DNA of 64,000 nt from Prochlorococcus sp. AG-363-P08 (GTDB taxonomy: Bacteria; Cyanobacteriota; Cyanobacteriia; PCC-6307; Cyanobiaceae): positions 10,249-74,248 of the forward strand of contig QCGE01000008.1 in NCBI GenBank assembly GCA_003278195.1. Direction: 5' to 3'. Both the position numbers and the translations under genes were made by a program. Position 1 is the first letter of the stretch. Each line of letters opens with the position of its first letter. Below the pieces are notes generated by a model that had not been told where the DNA came from, made no database searches, and worked only from the letters and a program-made list of their open reading frames with translations. This document shows, piece by piece, positions 1 through 18,302 of the stretch.

Positions 1-62
1 ACCTGCTGCTTTGCCAGGCATTGATTGATCTTCTTGCTACTGTCTTTCTAAATTAAGAAATT

Positions 63-779
63 ATGGCGGACATTCAACTCCAGATGAAGCAGGCTGTTGC
101 TGCTCAGGCTGTCGAACAGATTCAAGATGGGATGGTTTTGGGCCTGGGTTCTGGTTCGACTGCAGCACTAATGATTCAGTCGCTTGGTGAAAAGTTAGCT
201 AAGGGTGAAATCAAAGACATCGTTGGAGTCTCTACATCATTTCAGGGAGAAGTACTTGCAGCAGAATTGGGAATTCCATTGCTTTCATTGAATGCTGTAA
301 ATCACATTGACCTAGCAATTGATGGCGCGGATGAAGTCGACCCAAGTTTTAATCTGATAAAAGGAGGAGGAGCCTGTCATGTCCAAGAAAAGTTAGTAGC
401 TTCAAAAGCAGAACGTTTTGTTGTTGTAGTTGATTCAACTAAGCTTGTTGAGAAATTAAATATAGGCTTTATGCTGCCAGTTGAGGTCTTGCCTGGGGCA
501 TGGAGACAGGTAAAAGATTGCTTGGAAAATATGGGCAGTGAGGTTATCTTGCGAATGGCAAAAAATAAAGCTGGTCCTGTTGTAACTGATCAAGGGAATT
601 TGGTTTTAGATCTAACTATGAATGGTGGGATTCAAGAGCCTGAAAGTCTTGAAAAAGAGATAAATAACATCCCTGGGGTGTTAGAGAATGGACTATTTGT
701 CAATTTAACTAATGAGGTATTAGTGGGTGAGATTAATAATCAAAAGGCAATCGTAAGGAGTTTGGACTCTAATAATTAA
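63..779 (+). CDS. rpiA: ribose-5-phosphate isomerase A
   Basis: GLGSGST, DGADEVD and IKGGG motifs. Confidence 0.97.
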   Translation: MADIQLQMKQAVAAQAVEQIQDGMVLGLGSGSTAALMIQSLGEKLAKGEIKDIVGVSTSFQGEVLAAELGIPLLSLNAVNHIDLAIDGADEVDPSFNLIKGGGACHVQEKLVASKAERFVVVVDSTKLVEKLNIGFMLPVEVLPGAWRQVKDCLENMGSEVILRMAKNKAGPVVTDQGNLVLDLTMNGGIQEPESLEKEINNIPGVLENGLFVNLTNEVLVGEINNQKAIVRSLDSNN

Positions 780-787
780 ATATAGAT

Positions 788-2125
788 TTATTTAACTTCT
801 CTTATTTTTATAGATTGCTCATGGCTGTGCAATCCTTCGCTTTTTGCTAATTCTCTTACAGCAAGACTTGTTGCTTCAAATGCTTCTTGGTTAAATTGAA
901 TAAGAGAAGTATGTCTCAGAAAAGTTTCTACACTTAATGCGCCTGAGAATCTTGCAGTTCCCGAAGTTGGTAATGTGTGATTAGGTCCTGCCAGATAATC
1001 ACCTACTGCTTCAGGGCTCCAAGGTCCAATAAAAATAGCACCGGCATTTCTTATCTCTTCAATTAATGATTCTGGTTTCTCTATAATTAATTCTAGGTGT
1101 TCAGGAGAAAAAATATTGCTTAATTCTGCGCATTCAGAAAGTGTATTACATATGACTATTAACCCCCAATTAGAAATAGAAGAGCTGCATATTTCTTTTC
1201 TTGGATGGTTTGTTAGTTGTTTCTCTATCTCGACAGGAATTTGTTTTGCGAGTGAAAGATCTGTTGTTAGCAGTATTGAAGCTGCTAATGGATCATGCTC
1301 GGCTTGTGCAAGTAAGTCTGCTGCGATTGGTCTTGCTTTTGCAGTGTGGTCTGCAATTATTAGAACTTCACTTGGTCCTGCCAGAGAATCAATTCCTACT
1401 TCTCCATAAACAGCCTTCTTGGCCAGTGTTACATATAAATTTCCAGGACCACTAATCAGATCAACTTTTGGGATTGTTTCTGTTCCAAATGCCATTGCAG
1501 CTATCGCCTGGGCGCCACCGATACGGTAGATATCTTGGATACCGGCTATGTGAGCTGCTGCTAGAACCGTTTGATTGAGATTTCCATTTTTGTCAGCTGG
1601 CGTAGTCATGATTAATTGCTCCACTCCTGCAACTTTTGCCGGAATTGCATTCATAAGAACGGTGCTTGGGTATGCAGCTTTACCACCGGGTATGTAGATC
1701 CCTGCTTTTTGAATAGGTTTCCATCGCCTGCCTAATTTTTCTCCAAAAGCACCTTCGTAAATGAGATCTGATGGCTTTTGTCGAAGATGGAAATCATGAA
1801 TTCTTTCTTTAGCAAGAGAAAGAGCGGCTTGCAGTTCCTTAGGAGTTCTATCCCAAGCATTCTCAAGTTGATGAGCACTGACTTTTAGAGGCCTAGGAAG
1901 AAAACCATCAAATTTTTCTGTATAGGTACAAATTGCCTGGTCGCCGTTCTGACGAACTTGCTGCAGAATCTCATCAACTATTGCTATGGCAGCTTTTTGT
2001 GCATCCAGGTTAGTACGTTTTGAGAGACGTTCTAATTCCTGTTTTGCTGAGTGATAATCCCTAACACAATTGATCATCTTTGAGAATGTTGGGAATAGTT
2101 TTTGCTGCTTTTGAGAGCGGTGCAA
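788..2125 (-). CDS. hisD: histidinol dehydrogenase (start may be ATG at 2077)
   Basis: [34 protein letters not shown] and [13 protein letters not shown] motifs. Confidence 0.96.
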   Translation of the reverse strand: MHRSQKQQKLFPTFSKMINCVRDYHSAKQELERLSKRTNLDAQKAAIAIVDEILQQVRQNGDQAICTYTEKFDGFLPRPLKVSAHQLENAWDRTPKELQAALSLAKERIHDFHLRQKPSDLIYEGAFGEKLGRRWKPIQKAGIYIPGGKAAYPSTVLMNAIPAKVAGVEQLIMTTPADKNGNLNQTVLAAAHIAGIQDIYRIGGAQAIAAMAFGTETIPKVDLISGPGNLYVTLAKKAVYGEVGIDSLAGPSEVLIIADHTAKARPIAADLLAQAEHDPLAASILLTTDLSLAKQIPVEIEKQLTNHPRKEICSSSISNWGLIVICNTLSECAELSNIFSPEHLELIIEKPESLIEEIRNAGAIFIGPWSPEAVGDYLAGPNHTLPTSGTARFSGALSVETFLRHTSLIQFNQEAFEATSLAVRELAKSEGLHSHEQSIKIREVK

Positions 2126-2214
2126 ATTTACTTTCTAATGACCATAGTTCTTTAGGGATTTTGTTCTCAAGGTGATTAATGCATGGTCTCTGAGCTAAAG
2201 TGATTGTTTGTTGA

Positions 2215-2523
<309 letters not shown>

Positions 2524-2622
2524 CTCAAATAAATAACCGAGAATCTTATATATAAAGATTCTCTTTTTAATTATTTTAATTGCCAAAATGGATGGCAATG
2601 GCATTGAGGGTATTTTTGAAAA

Positions 2623-3408
2623 TTGGCAACTCCTAACCTTATAGATAGCCACTGTCATATCGTTTTCAGGAATTTTGAAGATGATATTGATGCTGTAGCT
2701 TCCCGTTGGCGAGAAGCAGGGGTAGTGAACCTTGTTCATGCATGCGTCAACCCCTCTGAGATCCTTCCAATACGTGCCTTAGCAGACCGTTTTCCCGAAT
2801 TAAGATATTCAGTAGGTGTTCATCCTTTAGATACTCAACATTGGTCTCCCACTAGCCTTGAACTACTGCGAACTTCAGCTTTAGACGATTCACGTGTCGT
2901 TGCGATAGGAGAATTGGGATTGGATTTATATCGTGATTCAAATCTTCAAGAGCAACTTGATGTATTAAGGCCGCAGTTAGACCTTGCCCTGGAATTGGAT
3001 TTGCCAGTGATCATTCATTGCAGAGATGCGGCGGAACCCATGCTTGACGAACTTCTGTCTCGACAAGCTCATGGAATGTGTCCAAAAGGTGTGATGCATT
3101 GCTGGGGAGGGACCCCTGAAGAGATGGCTAGATTTCTTGAGCTTGGTTTTTATATCAGTTTTAGCGGAACGGTAACTTTCTCTAAAGCATTTTTAATTCA
3201 TGATTGCGCAAAACAGGTTCCTGAAGATCGATTCCTTGTAGAGACTGATTGCCCTTTCCTTTCACCTGTCCCACTCAGGGGCAAGAGAAATGAACCAGCA
3301 AATGTTTCTCTTGTGGCAACTAAGGTTGCCGAGCTTAGAGGCCAATCTTTTGATTCAGTTGCCCTTAGAACAACAGATAACGCCAGGCGTTTGTTCGAAC
3401 TTTTTTGA
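2623..3408 (+). CDS. tatD: TatD family hydrolase/DNase
   Basis: IDSHCH, GVHP, AIGELGLD, HCR, HCW and ETDCPFL motifs. Confidence 0.93.
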   Translation: MATPNLIDSHCHIVFRNFEDDIDAVASRWREAGVVNLVHACVNPSEILPIRALADRFPELRYSVGVHPLDTQHWSPTSLELLRTSALDDSRVVAIGELGLDLYRDSNLQEQLDVLRPQLDLALELDLPVIIHCRDAAEPMLDELLSRQAHGMCPKGVMHCWGGTPEEMARFLELGFYISFSGTVTFSKAFLIHDCAKQVPEDRFLVETDCPFLSPVPLRGKRNEPANVSLVATKVAELRGQSFDSVALRTTDNARRLFELF

Positions 3409-3464
3409 TTTCGCGACCAGCGCTTAATTTGGTCCTTATAAAGTGTAGGATGATCAATTGGTCT

Positions 3465-3622
3465 GGTAAGGGTGTAGGAAAACCTTCGCCTTTGCTACAC
3501 GATGCGTCCATTCTCATCTTGTGTTGTCGACGTCAGCAGTTCTAACCCCAGATCTTTAAGCCTGGAGCATTACTCGTCCCCATTGACTGGGTTCGTTTGA
3601 AATTGCTGCTTTAGGAATGGAT
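3465..3622 (+). promoter_or_regulatory. candidate structured 5' leader of the rpoBC1C2 operon
   Basis: Hairpin at 3465-3496. Nested helices 3506-3513/3615-3622, 3534-3541/3601-3608 and 3544-3548/3589-3593, all within a 284-nt intergenic region. Confidence 0.45.
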
Positions 3623-3692
3623 AACTAGGGTTTGATTATTTTTTGACGAAGATCCAGGTCTCTCCTCTCACTTCTCACCTGTCTTACTCAGC

Positions 3693-6600
3693 ATGAGCAG
3701 AAGCGCCATTCAGATTGCTAAGACTGCTACATACCTCCCAGATTTGGTAGAGGTTCAGAGGTCAAGCTTTAAGTGGTTTTTGGATAAGGGTTTAATTGAG
3801 GAATTGGAGAGCTTCTCTCCAATTACTGACTACACAGGCAAACTAGAATTACATTTTATAGGTAATGAATATCGGCTTAAGCGGCCCAGACATGATGTTG
3901 AGGAGGCAAAACGAAGAGATGCAACTTTTGCTTCTCAGATGTATGTAACTTGCCGATTAGTCAACAAAGAGACTGGTGAGATTAAAGAACAGGAGGTATT
4001 TATAGGTGAGTTACCATTAATGACTGAAAGAGGCACATTTATTATTAATGGTGCAGAGCGAGTAATTGTAAACCAGATTGTAAGAAGTCCCGGCGTATAT
4101 TTTAAAGATGAGCAAGATAAAAATGGTCGCCGAACTTATAATGCGAGTGTGATTCCGAATAGAGGTGCCTGGCTTAAGTTTGAAACTGACAAGAATGATT
4201 TGCTACATGTAAGAGTAGATAAGACAAGAAAAATAAATGCTCATGTTCTTATGAGGGCAATGGGTCTTTCTGATAATGATGTTATAGATAAGCTTCGTCA
4301 TCCTGAATATTATAAAAAGTCAATTGAAGCTGCTAATGAAGAAGGGATTAGTTCAGAAGATCAAGCTTTGCTTGAGCTTTATAAAAAACTCCGCCCTGGC
4401 GAACCACCTTCTGTTACCGGCGGCCAGCAACTTTTGCAGGCTAGATTTTTTGATCCTAAAAGATATGATTTAGGTAGGGTTGGCCGATATAAAATTAATA
4501 AAAAACTACGACTTACAATTCCTGATAATGTACGAACTCTTACTCATGAAGATGTTTTATCGACTATAGATTATTTAATAAACTTAGAACTTGATGTTGG
4601 TGGGGCTAGCCTAGATGATATTGACCATTTAGGTAATCGAAGAGTTCGTTCTGTAGGCGAACTTCTGCAAAATCAGGTAAGAGTAGGTTTGAACAGGTTA
4701 GAAAGAATTATTAAAGAAAGGATGACTGTTGGTGAAACAGATTCATTAACTCCTGCACAACTTGTAAATCCAAAACCACTTGTAGCCGCTATTAAGGAAT
4801 TCTTCGGATCAAGCCAACTCAGTCAGTTTATGGATCAAACAAATCCATTGGCTGAGTTAACTCATAAAAGACGAATATCTGCTCTTGGGCCAGGAGGTCT
4901 TACTAGAGAGCGTGCAGGTTTTGCGGTACGAGATATCCACCCATCTCATTATGGAAGATTATGCCCAATTGAGACCCCAGAAGGCCCAAATGCTGGACTT
5001 ATTAATTCTCTTGCTACTCACGCAAGAGTAAATCAATATGGCTTTATCGAGACTCCTTTTTGGAAAGTAGAAAATGGTCAGGTCATTAAGGAAGGAGACC
5101 CTATATATCTTTCAGCGGATTTAGAGGATGAATGTCGGGTCGCACCGGGTGATGTGGCTACTGACAGCAGCGGCAAAATTTTGGCAGAGCTTATTCCTGT
5201 TCGTTACAGACAGGATTTTGAGAAAGTCCCCCCAGAACAAGTTGACTATGTTCAACTTTCACCAGTGCAAGTTATATCTGTAGCTACTTCTTTAATTCCA
5301 TTCCTTGAACATGACGATGCCAACAGAGCCCTCATGGGTTCAAATATGCAACGTCAGGCTGTTCCGCTTCTTAGACCTGAGCGCCCATTAGTAGGAACAG
5401 GATTGGAGACACAAGTTGCACGCGATTCTGGAATGGTTCCGATTTCTAAAGTTAACGGCCAGGTGACATTTGTGGATGCGACGGCAATTGTTGTGAGAGA
5501 CGAAGATGGCATAGATCACACTCATTATCTTCGTAAATATCAACGATCTAATCAGGACACTTGCTTGAACCAGCGTCCAATAGTTCACCAGGGTGATCCT
5601 GTGATTAGCGGACAGGTATTAGCAGATGGCTCAGCATGTGAAGGAGGAGAAATTGCTTTAGGACAAAATGTATTGGTCGCATATATGCCATGGGAAGGTT
5701 ATAACTACGAGGATGCAATTTTGGTTAGTGAGCGCCTGGTTAAAGATGATTTATACACGTCTGTACATATAGAAAAGTATGAAATTGAAGCAAGACAAAC
5801 AAAGCTAGGACCTGAGGAGATCACTAGGGAAATCCCTAATGTTGCAGAAGAGAGTTTGGGTAGTCTTGATGAAATGGGGATCATTCGAATAGGTGCTTTT
5901 GTTGAAAGTGGCGATATTCTTGTCGGCAAAGTGACTCCAAAAGGTGAGTCTGATCAACCACCCGAAGAGAAGTTGCTAAGAGCAATTTTCGGAGAGAAGG
6001 CAAGGGATGTTAGGGATAATTCTCTAAGAGTTCCAAGTACTGAACGGGGAAGAGTTGTTGATGTAAGGATTTACACAAGAGAGCAGGGGGATGAACTTCC
6101 ACCTGGAGCAAATATGGTTGTTCGTGTTTATGTTGCGCAGCGACGCAAGATTCAGGTTGGCGATAAAATGGCAGGTAGGCATGGAAATAAGGGGATAATT
6201 AGCCGAATTCTTCCAAGAGAAGATATGCCTTATTTGCCTGACGGTACACCTGTAGATATCGTTTTGAATCCTTTAGGTGTTCCTAGCAGGATGAATGTTG
6301 GTCAGGTTTTTGAATGTCTTATGGGTTGGGCTGCTGCAAATCTTGATTGTCGTGTGAAAGTTGTACCTTTTGATGAAATGTATGGTGCTGAGAAGTCCCA
6401 GCAGACAGTTGAAGCTTATTTGAAGGAAGCTGCAAAGAGACCAGGAAAAGAATGGGTTTATAACCCTGAAACGCCAGGAAAATTACAGTTGATAGATGGT
6501 CGTTCAGGAGAACCTTTTGATCAACCCGTAACTGTTGGCTATGCACAAATATTGAAGTTAGTTCACCTCGTAGATGACAAAATTCATGCTCGTTCTACGG

Positions 6601-6986
6601 GTCCATATTCATTGGTTACACAACAACCATTAGGGGGTAAGGCTCAGCAGGGAGGTCAAAGGTTAGGCGAGATGGAAGTATGGGCTTTAGAAGCTTATGG
6701 TGCTGCATATACATTGCAGGAACTTCTGACTGTGAAGTCGGATGATATGCAGGGAAGGAATGAGGCTTTAAATGCAATAGTTAAGGGTAAGCCAATCCCA
6801 AGACCAGGGACCCCTGAATCTTTCAAAGTTCTAATGCGTGAACTTCAGTCATTAGGCCTTGATATAGCTGTTTACACGGATGAAGGAAAGGAAGTAGACC
6901 TTATGCAAGATGTAAATCCACGAAGGAGTACACCAAGTCGACCTACCTATGAATCTCTTGGGGCATCTGATTTTGATGATGATTGA
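3693..6986 (+). CDS. rpoB: RNA polymerase beta subunit
   Basis: [22 protein letters not shown] and [19 protein letters not shown] motifs. Confidence 0.99.
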   Translation: MSRSAIQIAKTATYLPDLVEVQRSSFKWFLDKGLIEELESFSPITDYTGKLELHFIGNEYRLKRPRHDVEEAKRRDATFASQMYVTCRLVNKETGEIKEQEVFIGELPLMTERGTFIINGAERVIVNQIVRSPGVYFKDEQDKNGRRTYNASVIPNRGAWLKFETDKNDLLHVRVDKTRKINAHVLMRAMGLSDNDVIDKLRHPEYYKKSIEAANEEGISSEDQALLELYKKLRPGEPPSVTGGQQLLQARFFDPKRYDLGRVGRYKINKKLRLTIPDNVRTLTHEDVLSTIDYLINLELDVGGASLDDIDHLGNRRVRSVGELLQNQVRVGLNRLERIIKERMTVGETDSLTPAQLVNPKPLVAAIKEFFGSSQLSQFMDQTNPLAELTHKRRISALGPGGLTRERAGFAVRDIHPSHYGRLCPIETPEGPNAGLINSLATHARVNQYGFIETPFWKVENGQVIKEGDPIYLSADLEDECRVAPGDVATDSSGKILAELIPVRYRQDFEKVPPEQVDYVQLSPVQVISVATSLIPFLEHDDANRALMGSNMQRQAVPLLRPERPLVGTGLETQVARDSGMVPISKVNGQVTFVDATAIVVRDEDGIDHTHYLRKYQRSNQDTCLNQRPIVHQGDPVISGQVLADGSACEGGEIALGQNVLVAYMPWEGYNYEDAILVSERLVKDDLYTSVHIEKYEIEARQTKLGPEEITREIPNVAEESLGSLDEMGIIRIGAFVESGDILVGKVTPKGESDQPPEEKLLRAIFGEKARDVRDNSLRVPSTERGRVVDVRIYTREQGDELPPGANMVVRVYVAQRRKIQVGDKMAGRHGNKGIISRILPREDMPYLPDGTPVDIVLNPLGVPSRMNVGQVFECLMGWAAANLDCRVKVVPFDEMYGAEKSQQTVEAYLKEAAKRPGKEWVYNPETPGKLQLIDGRSGEPFDQPVTVGYAQILKLVHLVDDKIHARSTGPYSLVTQQPLGGKAQQGGQRLGEMEVWALEAYGAAYTLQELLTVKSDDMQGRNEALNAIVKGKPIPRPGTPESFKVLMRELQSLGLDIAVYTDEGKEVDLMQDVNPRRSTPSRPTYESLGASDFDDD

Positions 6987-7026
6987 CAATTAATTCCTAA
7001 TCATTTCTCTTTAAAACACCTTTTAA

Positions 7027-14383
<7,357 letters not shown>

Positions 14384-14421
14384 CTGTTGTTGATTAGAAG
14401 GCTTTTGAAAACCTTTTTGAA

Positions 14422-16185
14422 ATGCAATTAATTGACTGGTCCATATTGATTCTGTATCTGGTGGCAACACTTGTTTTAGGCCTTTGGTTGTCTGGCCGGA
14501 ATAAGAGTCAAGATGATTATTTTGTAGCAGGACGACGATTGAGTGGATGGTTGGCTGGAGCCTCAATGGCTGCAACAACTTTTTCGATTGATACACCTTT
14601 GTATGTAGCAGGACTTGTAGGAACAAGAGGCATAGCTGGGAATTGGGAATGGTGGAGTTTTGGATTGGCTCATGTTGCGATGGCAGTAGTCTTTGCTCCT
14701 CTCTGGAGAAGAAGTGGCGTACTGACTGATGCAGCTTTTACTGAGCTTCGTTATGGCGGAGCACCAGCTGCCTGGTTGAGAGGTGTCAAGGCTTTTTTGC
14801 TTGCATTACCGGTGAACTGTATTGGGATTGGTTATGCATTCTTGGCTATCAGAAAGGTAGTTGAGGCGATAGGCATTGTTGATGGCAGGGCAATGATTGG
14901 AGGTGTTACTGACACTATGCTTCTTTTATTTTTCATAGCAGTTTTCATGCTCATTTACACGGTTATAGGAGGACTTTGGGCAGTAGTTGTCAATGATCTA
15001 GTGCAGTTGATATTTGCTCTCGTTGGTGCTTTTGCAGTTGCATTTGCAGCTATACATGCGGCTGGGGGAATGAATAATTTGCTCCAAAGTCTTAATGACT
15101 TAAATCGTCCAGAAGTCTTGTCACTATTTCCTTGGCAATGGTCAGATGGACGTTTTGAGTGGATTGAAGGTACCGGCATTAGCTTTGCTATGTTTAGTGC
15201 CTTTATTTCACTGCAGTGGTGGAGTTTTAGAAGAAGTGATGGCGGCGGGGAGTTTATACAGAGGTTGCTAGCTACTCGCGACGAAAAGCAAGCATCATTA
15301 GCTGGATGGTTTTTTTTATTAATTAATTATCTAATAAGAAGTTGGCTTTGGATTTTAGTAGCTCTTGCAGCATTAGTGCTTCTCCCATCCCAGCAAGATT
15401 GGGAGTTGAGTTATCCAATTTTGGCAGTTAAGTATCTTCCACCGGCAATTCTTGGCTTAGTAGTTGTCTCTTTAGTTGCTGCATTTATGAGTACTGTAAG
15501 CACTTCTGTTAATTGGGGAGCGAGTTATCTAACTCATGATCTATACCAAAGGTTTCTCCGCCCAAAGGCAAGCGAAAAGGAGCTCTTATTTGTTGGGCAG
15601 GTGACTAGTTTATTGTTGCTTTTAATTGGATTGATAGCTGCCTTTTTAAGTGAGAGCATTGGATCTGTTTTTCGTTTGGCAATTGCTATTGGGACAGGTC
15701 CAGGAGTCGTATTGGTTTTACGTTGGTTTTGGTGGCGGATGAATGCTGCATCTGAGTTAGCAGCAATGGTTTCTGGCTTTTTGGTAGGGCTAACAACTTC
15801 AGTAGTTCCTTTGATTCGGATAGATGACTATGGATTGAGATTGTTTGTCACCACTGGAATAACAACTGTTGTTTGGTTTTCCGTCCTTATGAATACCAAG
15901 CCTGAATCTCCTGCTGTTCTTAAACGATTTGTTCATACAGTTAGACCTCCAGGTCCAGGGTGGACTGCGTTGAGAGAAGAATTGGGTGTGATCCCTTTTC
16001 AGCCATTTGGGAAGTTGGTTTTGCGCTTTTTCCTAAGTGTTGGTCTTTTGTTTGGGGGCTTGCTTGGTAGTGGGGCTTTTTTATTGCATCAGGAGTTTGC
16101 TGGCTGGATTGGAATTTCAATAGCAGGAATTTGTTTGGTCGCTTTAGGAAGAAGATGGCTGTTAATTAGACTGGTTCCTTTCTAA
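14422..16185 (+). CDS. sodium:solute symporter family protein
   Basis: DYFVAGR, YTVIGGLWAVV, QRLLA and AAFMST motifs; many TM helices. Confidence 0.9.
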   Translation: MQLIDWSILILYLVATLVLGLWLSGRNKSQDDYFVAGRRLSGWLAGASMAATTFSIDTPLYVAGLVGTRGIAGNWEWWSFGLAHVAMAVVFAPLWRRSGVLTDAAFTELRYGGAPAAWLRGVKAFLLALPVNCIGIGYAFLAIRKVVEAIGIVDGRAMIGGVTDTMLLLFFIAVFMLIYTVIGGLWAVVVNDLVQLIFALVGAFAVAFAAIHAAGGMNNLLQSLNDLNRPEVLSLFPWQWSDGRFEWIEGTGISFAMFSAFISLQWWSFRRSDGGGEFIQRLLATRDEKQASLAGWFFLLINYLIRSWLWILVALAALVLLPSQQDWELSYPILAVKYLPPAILGLVVVSLVAAFMSTVSTSVNWGASYLTHDLYQRFLRPKASEKELLFVGQVTSLLLLLIGLIAAFLSESIGSVFRLAIAIGTGPGVVLVLRWFWWRMNAASELAAMVSGFLVGLTTSVVPLIRIDDYGLRLFVTTGITTVVWFSVLMNTKPESPAVLKRFVHTVRPPGPGWTALREELGVIPFQPFGKLVLRFFLSVGLLFGGLLGSGAFLLHQEFAGWIGISIAGICLVALGRRWLLIRLVPF

Positions 16186-16234
16186 GGTTGATGGGTTGCT
16201 TAGGTATCAGAATGATTGAAAGGGTTTTGAAATC

Positions 16235-16360
16235 GTGAGTTTTTTTCGTTCAACCGTTTTGCCGGTATTAATAGTGGCCATGTTTGGCTTGGCTTTTATT
16301 GCGGTTAGTGCTCGGATTTGGTTGCCTGGTGACATGCTTGCCCCAGCACCTATGAATTGA
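16235..16360 (+). CDS. 41-aa single-TM protein, not in ORF track: MSFFRSTVLPVLIVAMFGLAFIAVSARIWLPGDMLAPAPMN
   Basis: Translated by hand from GTG 16235 to TGA 16360. Fills the intergenic gap. The SARIxLPxDMxAPAP ending resembles a small conserved cyanobacterial protein as I recall it. Confidence 0.75.
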   Translation: MSFFRSTVLPVLIVAMFGLAFIAVSARIWLPGDMLAPAPMN

Positions 16361-16393
16361 AAACTGTTTGTTCACTCTTCTACTATTTTTTGT

Positions 16394-17203
16394 ATGAAGG
16401 AAGCACAAGAAAAACCAGCTAAGGACGGTCTTGTGAACTTGGCCATAGATCCTGATGTTTTGGCTACTGAATTGGCGGCAGAGTTATTAGGAGACCCCCT
16501 TGATGAGATTGATTTTGAGGGTGGGAATTCAGACTCCTTAAAAGTCTCAAGAGAATGTGATAGAGGGCTTTCATGGCTTCAAGAGGGGCACGAAGAACGC
16601 CTTCAGGGATTAAGGGTCTTTTGTGAACATAGAGACCCTCGTGCTTTACCACTTCTGATCCCTTTATTGAAAGAACCCTGTCCTGTTGAGCGCATGAGTG
16701 CTGTATATGCTCTTGGTCGTAATCCTTGTCCAAGAGCTTTGGACCTTCTGGTGAATCTGTTGAAAACAGATTGCAATGCCTATGTTCGCAAAGCTACGGC
16801 CTGGAGCCTAGGTAATTATGCCGATGAAATGGTATTGGAGCCATTGATTCATTCTCTTAAAAATGATGTTGCTGCTGTGAGGTTATGGGCTTCTAGTTCT
16901 TTAGCGGATGTTGCAGGAACATCTTCGGGAAAAGCCCAATCTGTTGCGATTCAGTTGTTGACGAGTTTAAAAATAGATGTTGAACCCTTAGTTCGAAGTA
17001 ATTGCATATGGGCTTTAGGACGTATTTTTGAAAAATTGACTGACTCAAGAAAGTCAGATCTTGTGGAAGCTTTTTTTGATGTTTTGCTAAATGATATTGA
17101 GCCCTCTGTTCGTGATGAAGCAAGGATTTGCTTGGAGCAACTGGATGATTCCCAAGTGACTTCAAGACTTCAGCTGCTCATCGATGAGGGTGCTTTAGCG
17201 TGA
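16394..17203 (+). CDS. HEAT repeat (PBS lyase HEAT-like) protein
   Basis: Repeated units ERMSAVYALG, VRKATAWSLG, VRLWASSSLA, VRSNCIWALG. Confidence 0.88.
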   Translation: MKEAQEKPAKDGLVNLAIDPDVLATELAAELLGDPLDEIDFEGGNSDSLKVSRECDRGLSWLQEGHEERLQGLRVFCEHRDPRALPLLIPLLKEPCPVERMSAVYALGRNPCPRALDLLVNLLKTDCNAYVRKATAWSLGNYADEMVLEPLIHSLKNDVAAVRLWASSSLADVAGTSSGKAQSVAIQLLTSLKIDVEPLVRSNCIWALGRIFEKLTDSRKSDLVEAFFDVLLNDIEPSVRDEARICLEQLDDSQVTSRLQLLIDEGALA

Positions 17204-17227
17204 GATTGCTGACAGGAAACTTATCCG

Positions 17228-17269
17228 TGTAACAACTGATCCAAATTTTTGGAGATTTTTATATAACAT
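17228..17269 (+). promoter_or_regulatory. candidate NtcA-type promoter
   Basis: TGTA-ACAACTGA-TCC (one mismatch to GTA-N8-TAC), then 21 nt to TAACAT (TAN3T) at 17264-17269. Confidence 0.35.
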
Positions 17270-17292
17270 TGCTCAGTGCTTCTACAAGAGGT

Positions 17293-17499
17293 ATGCCTCA
17301 ACGCACTCTCCGGTTTCGTATTCGACAAGATGGTCTTGTGGAAGAATCTGTAGAGGGTGTACTTGGTGAAACCTGTAACAAGCTCACCGAGAAGCTTGAG
17401 AATGCTTTAGGCACAGTTGAGATAAAGCAACCCACCTCGGAAGCTTATCTAACCCAAGAGCAAGAATCTCAGCCCATCATTTCTGAAGAACTTCACTAA
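17293..17499 (+). CDS. DUF2997 family protein
   Basis: FRIRQDGLVEESVEGVLGETC...LENALG...PTSEAY pattern; GAGG upstream of ATG 17293. Confidence 0.8.
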   Translation: MPQRTLRFRIRQDGLVEESVEGVLGETCNKLTEKLENALGTVEIKQPTSEAYLTQEQESQPIISEELH

Positions 17500-17891
17500 T
17501 GTCTCATTTCAGCACTATCAAGACAAAGCTTCGCCAAAAAGATCATTTGCTTCAAGCTTTGGTCGATCTTGGTTACCTCCCAGAGGAAGGACAGAAATTA
17601 GTTCGAGGTTATAGAGGTCAGACCGTAAAGGCAGAGCTGTCAGTTCCTATGGCTAAAGGAGGTGATATTGGTTTTAGATTGAATCCATCTACAAATACTT
17701 ACGAGTTAGTTACTGATCTTGATCTATGGAGCCAGTCCATTCCAGTAGAAAGGTTCTTATCAAAATTAACTCAGCAATATGCTTTGAATACAGTTTTAAA
17801 AGCCACTGCTGATGAGGGTTTTGAGGTTGAGAAGCAAGCTAATAACTTAGATGGTTCTATCGAATTGGTTGTAACTCGTTGGGATCCCTGA
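17499..17891 (+). CDS. ycf35: DUF1257 / Ycf35 family protein
   Basis: MSHFSTIKT...VRGYRGQT...DIGF...YELVTDLDLW...DGSIELVVTRW; TAATG coupling to the upstream gene. Confidence 0.88.
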   Translation: MSHFSTIKTKLRQKDHLLQALVDLGYLPEEGQKLVRGYRGQTVKAELSVPMAKGGDIGFRLNPSTNTYELVTDLDLWSQSIPVERFLSKLTQQYALNTVLKATADEGFEVEKQANNLDGSIELVVTRWDP

Positions 17892-18283
17892 AAAAGACTG
17901 TTGACCCTTCTGCAGCTTTTAGCGTAAGCGGGGCTATTCGCTCGAATCCCAGGACTGGCTTAGAGCCTCTGTTAGGAGGTGAACTAAGAGAGAAGGCAGT
18001 TTGGGTTGATGAGTCTGCTTGTATCGGCTGTCGTTATTGTGCCCATGTTGCAACTAACACGTTTGTTATAGAGCCATTTTTAGGCCGTTCAAGAGTTATT
18101 CGTCAGGATGGGGACCATACGGATAGGATTCAAGAAGCAATAGATACTTGTCCAGTTGACTGCATTCATTGGGTACCGTTTGAAGAGTTAGCGGATTTAA
18201 AGGAGAGGTTACTTCAAATGAATATTCAGCCTTTAGGATTGCCTCCTAAGCCTTCTAGACGAATTAAGCCGAGGGCTAATTAA
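17879..18283 (+). CDS. bacterial-type single-cluster Fe-S ferredoxin
   Basis: VWVDESACIGCRYC...AIDTCPVDCIHW. Confidence 0.88.
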   Translation: MGSLKKTVDPSAAFSVSGAIRSNPRTGLEPLLGGELREKAVWVDESACIGCRYCAHVATNTFVIEPFLGRSRVIRQDGDHTDRIQEAIDTCPVDCIHWVPFEELADLKERLLQMNIQPLGLPPKPSRRIKPRAN

Positions 18284-18302
18284 TTATTTCTTTTTTGATT
18301 TT

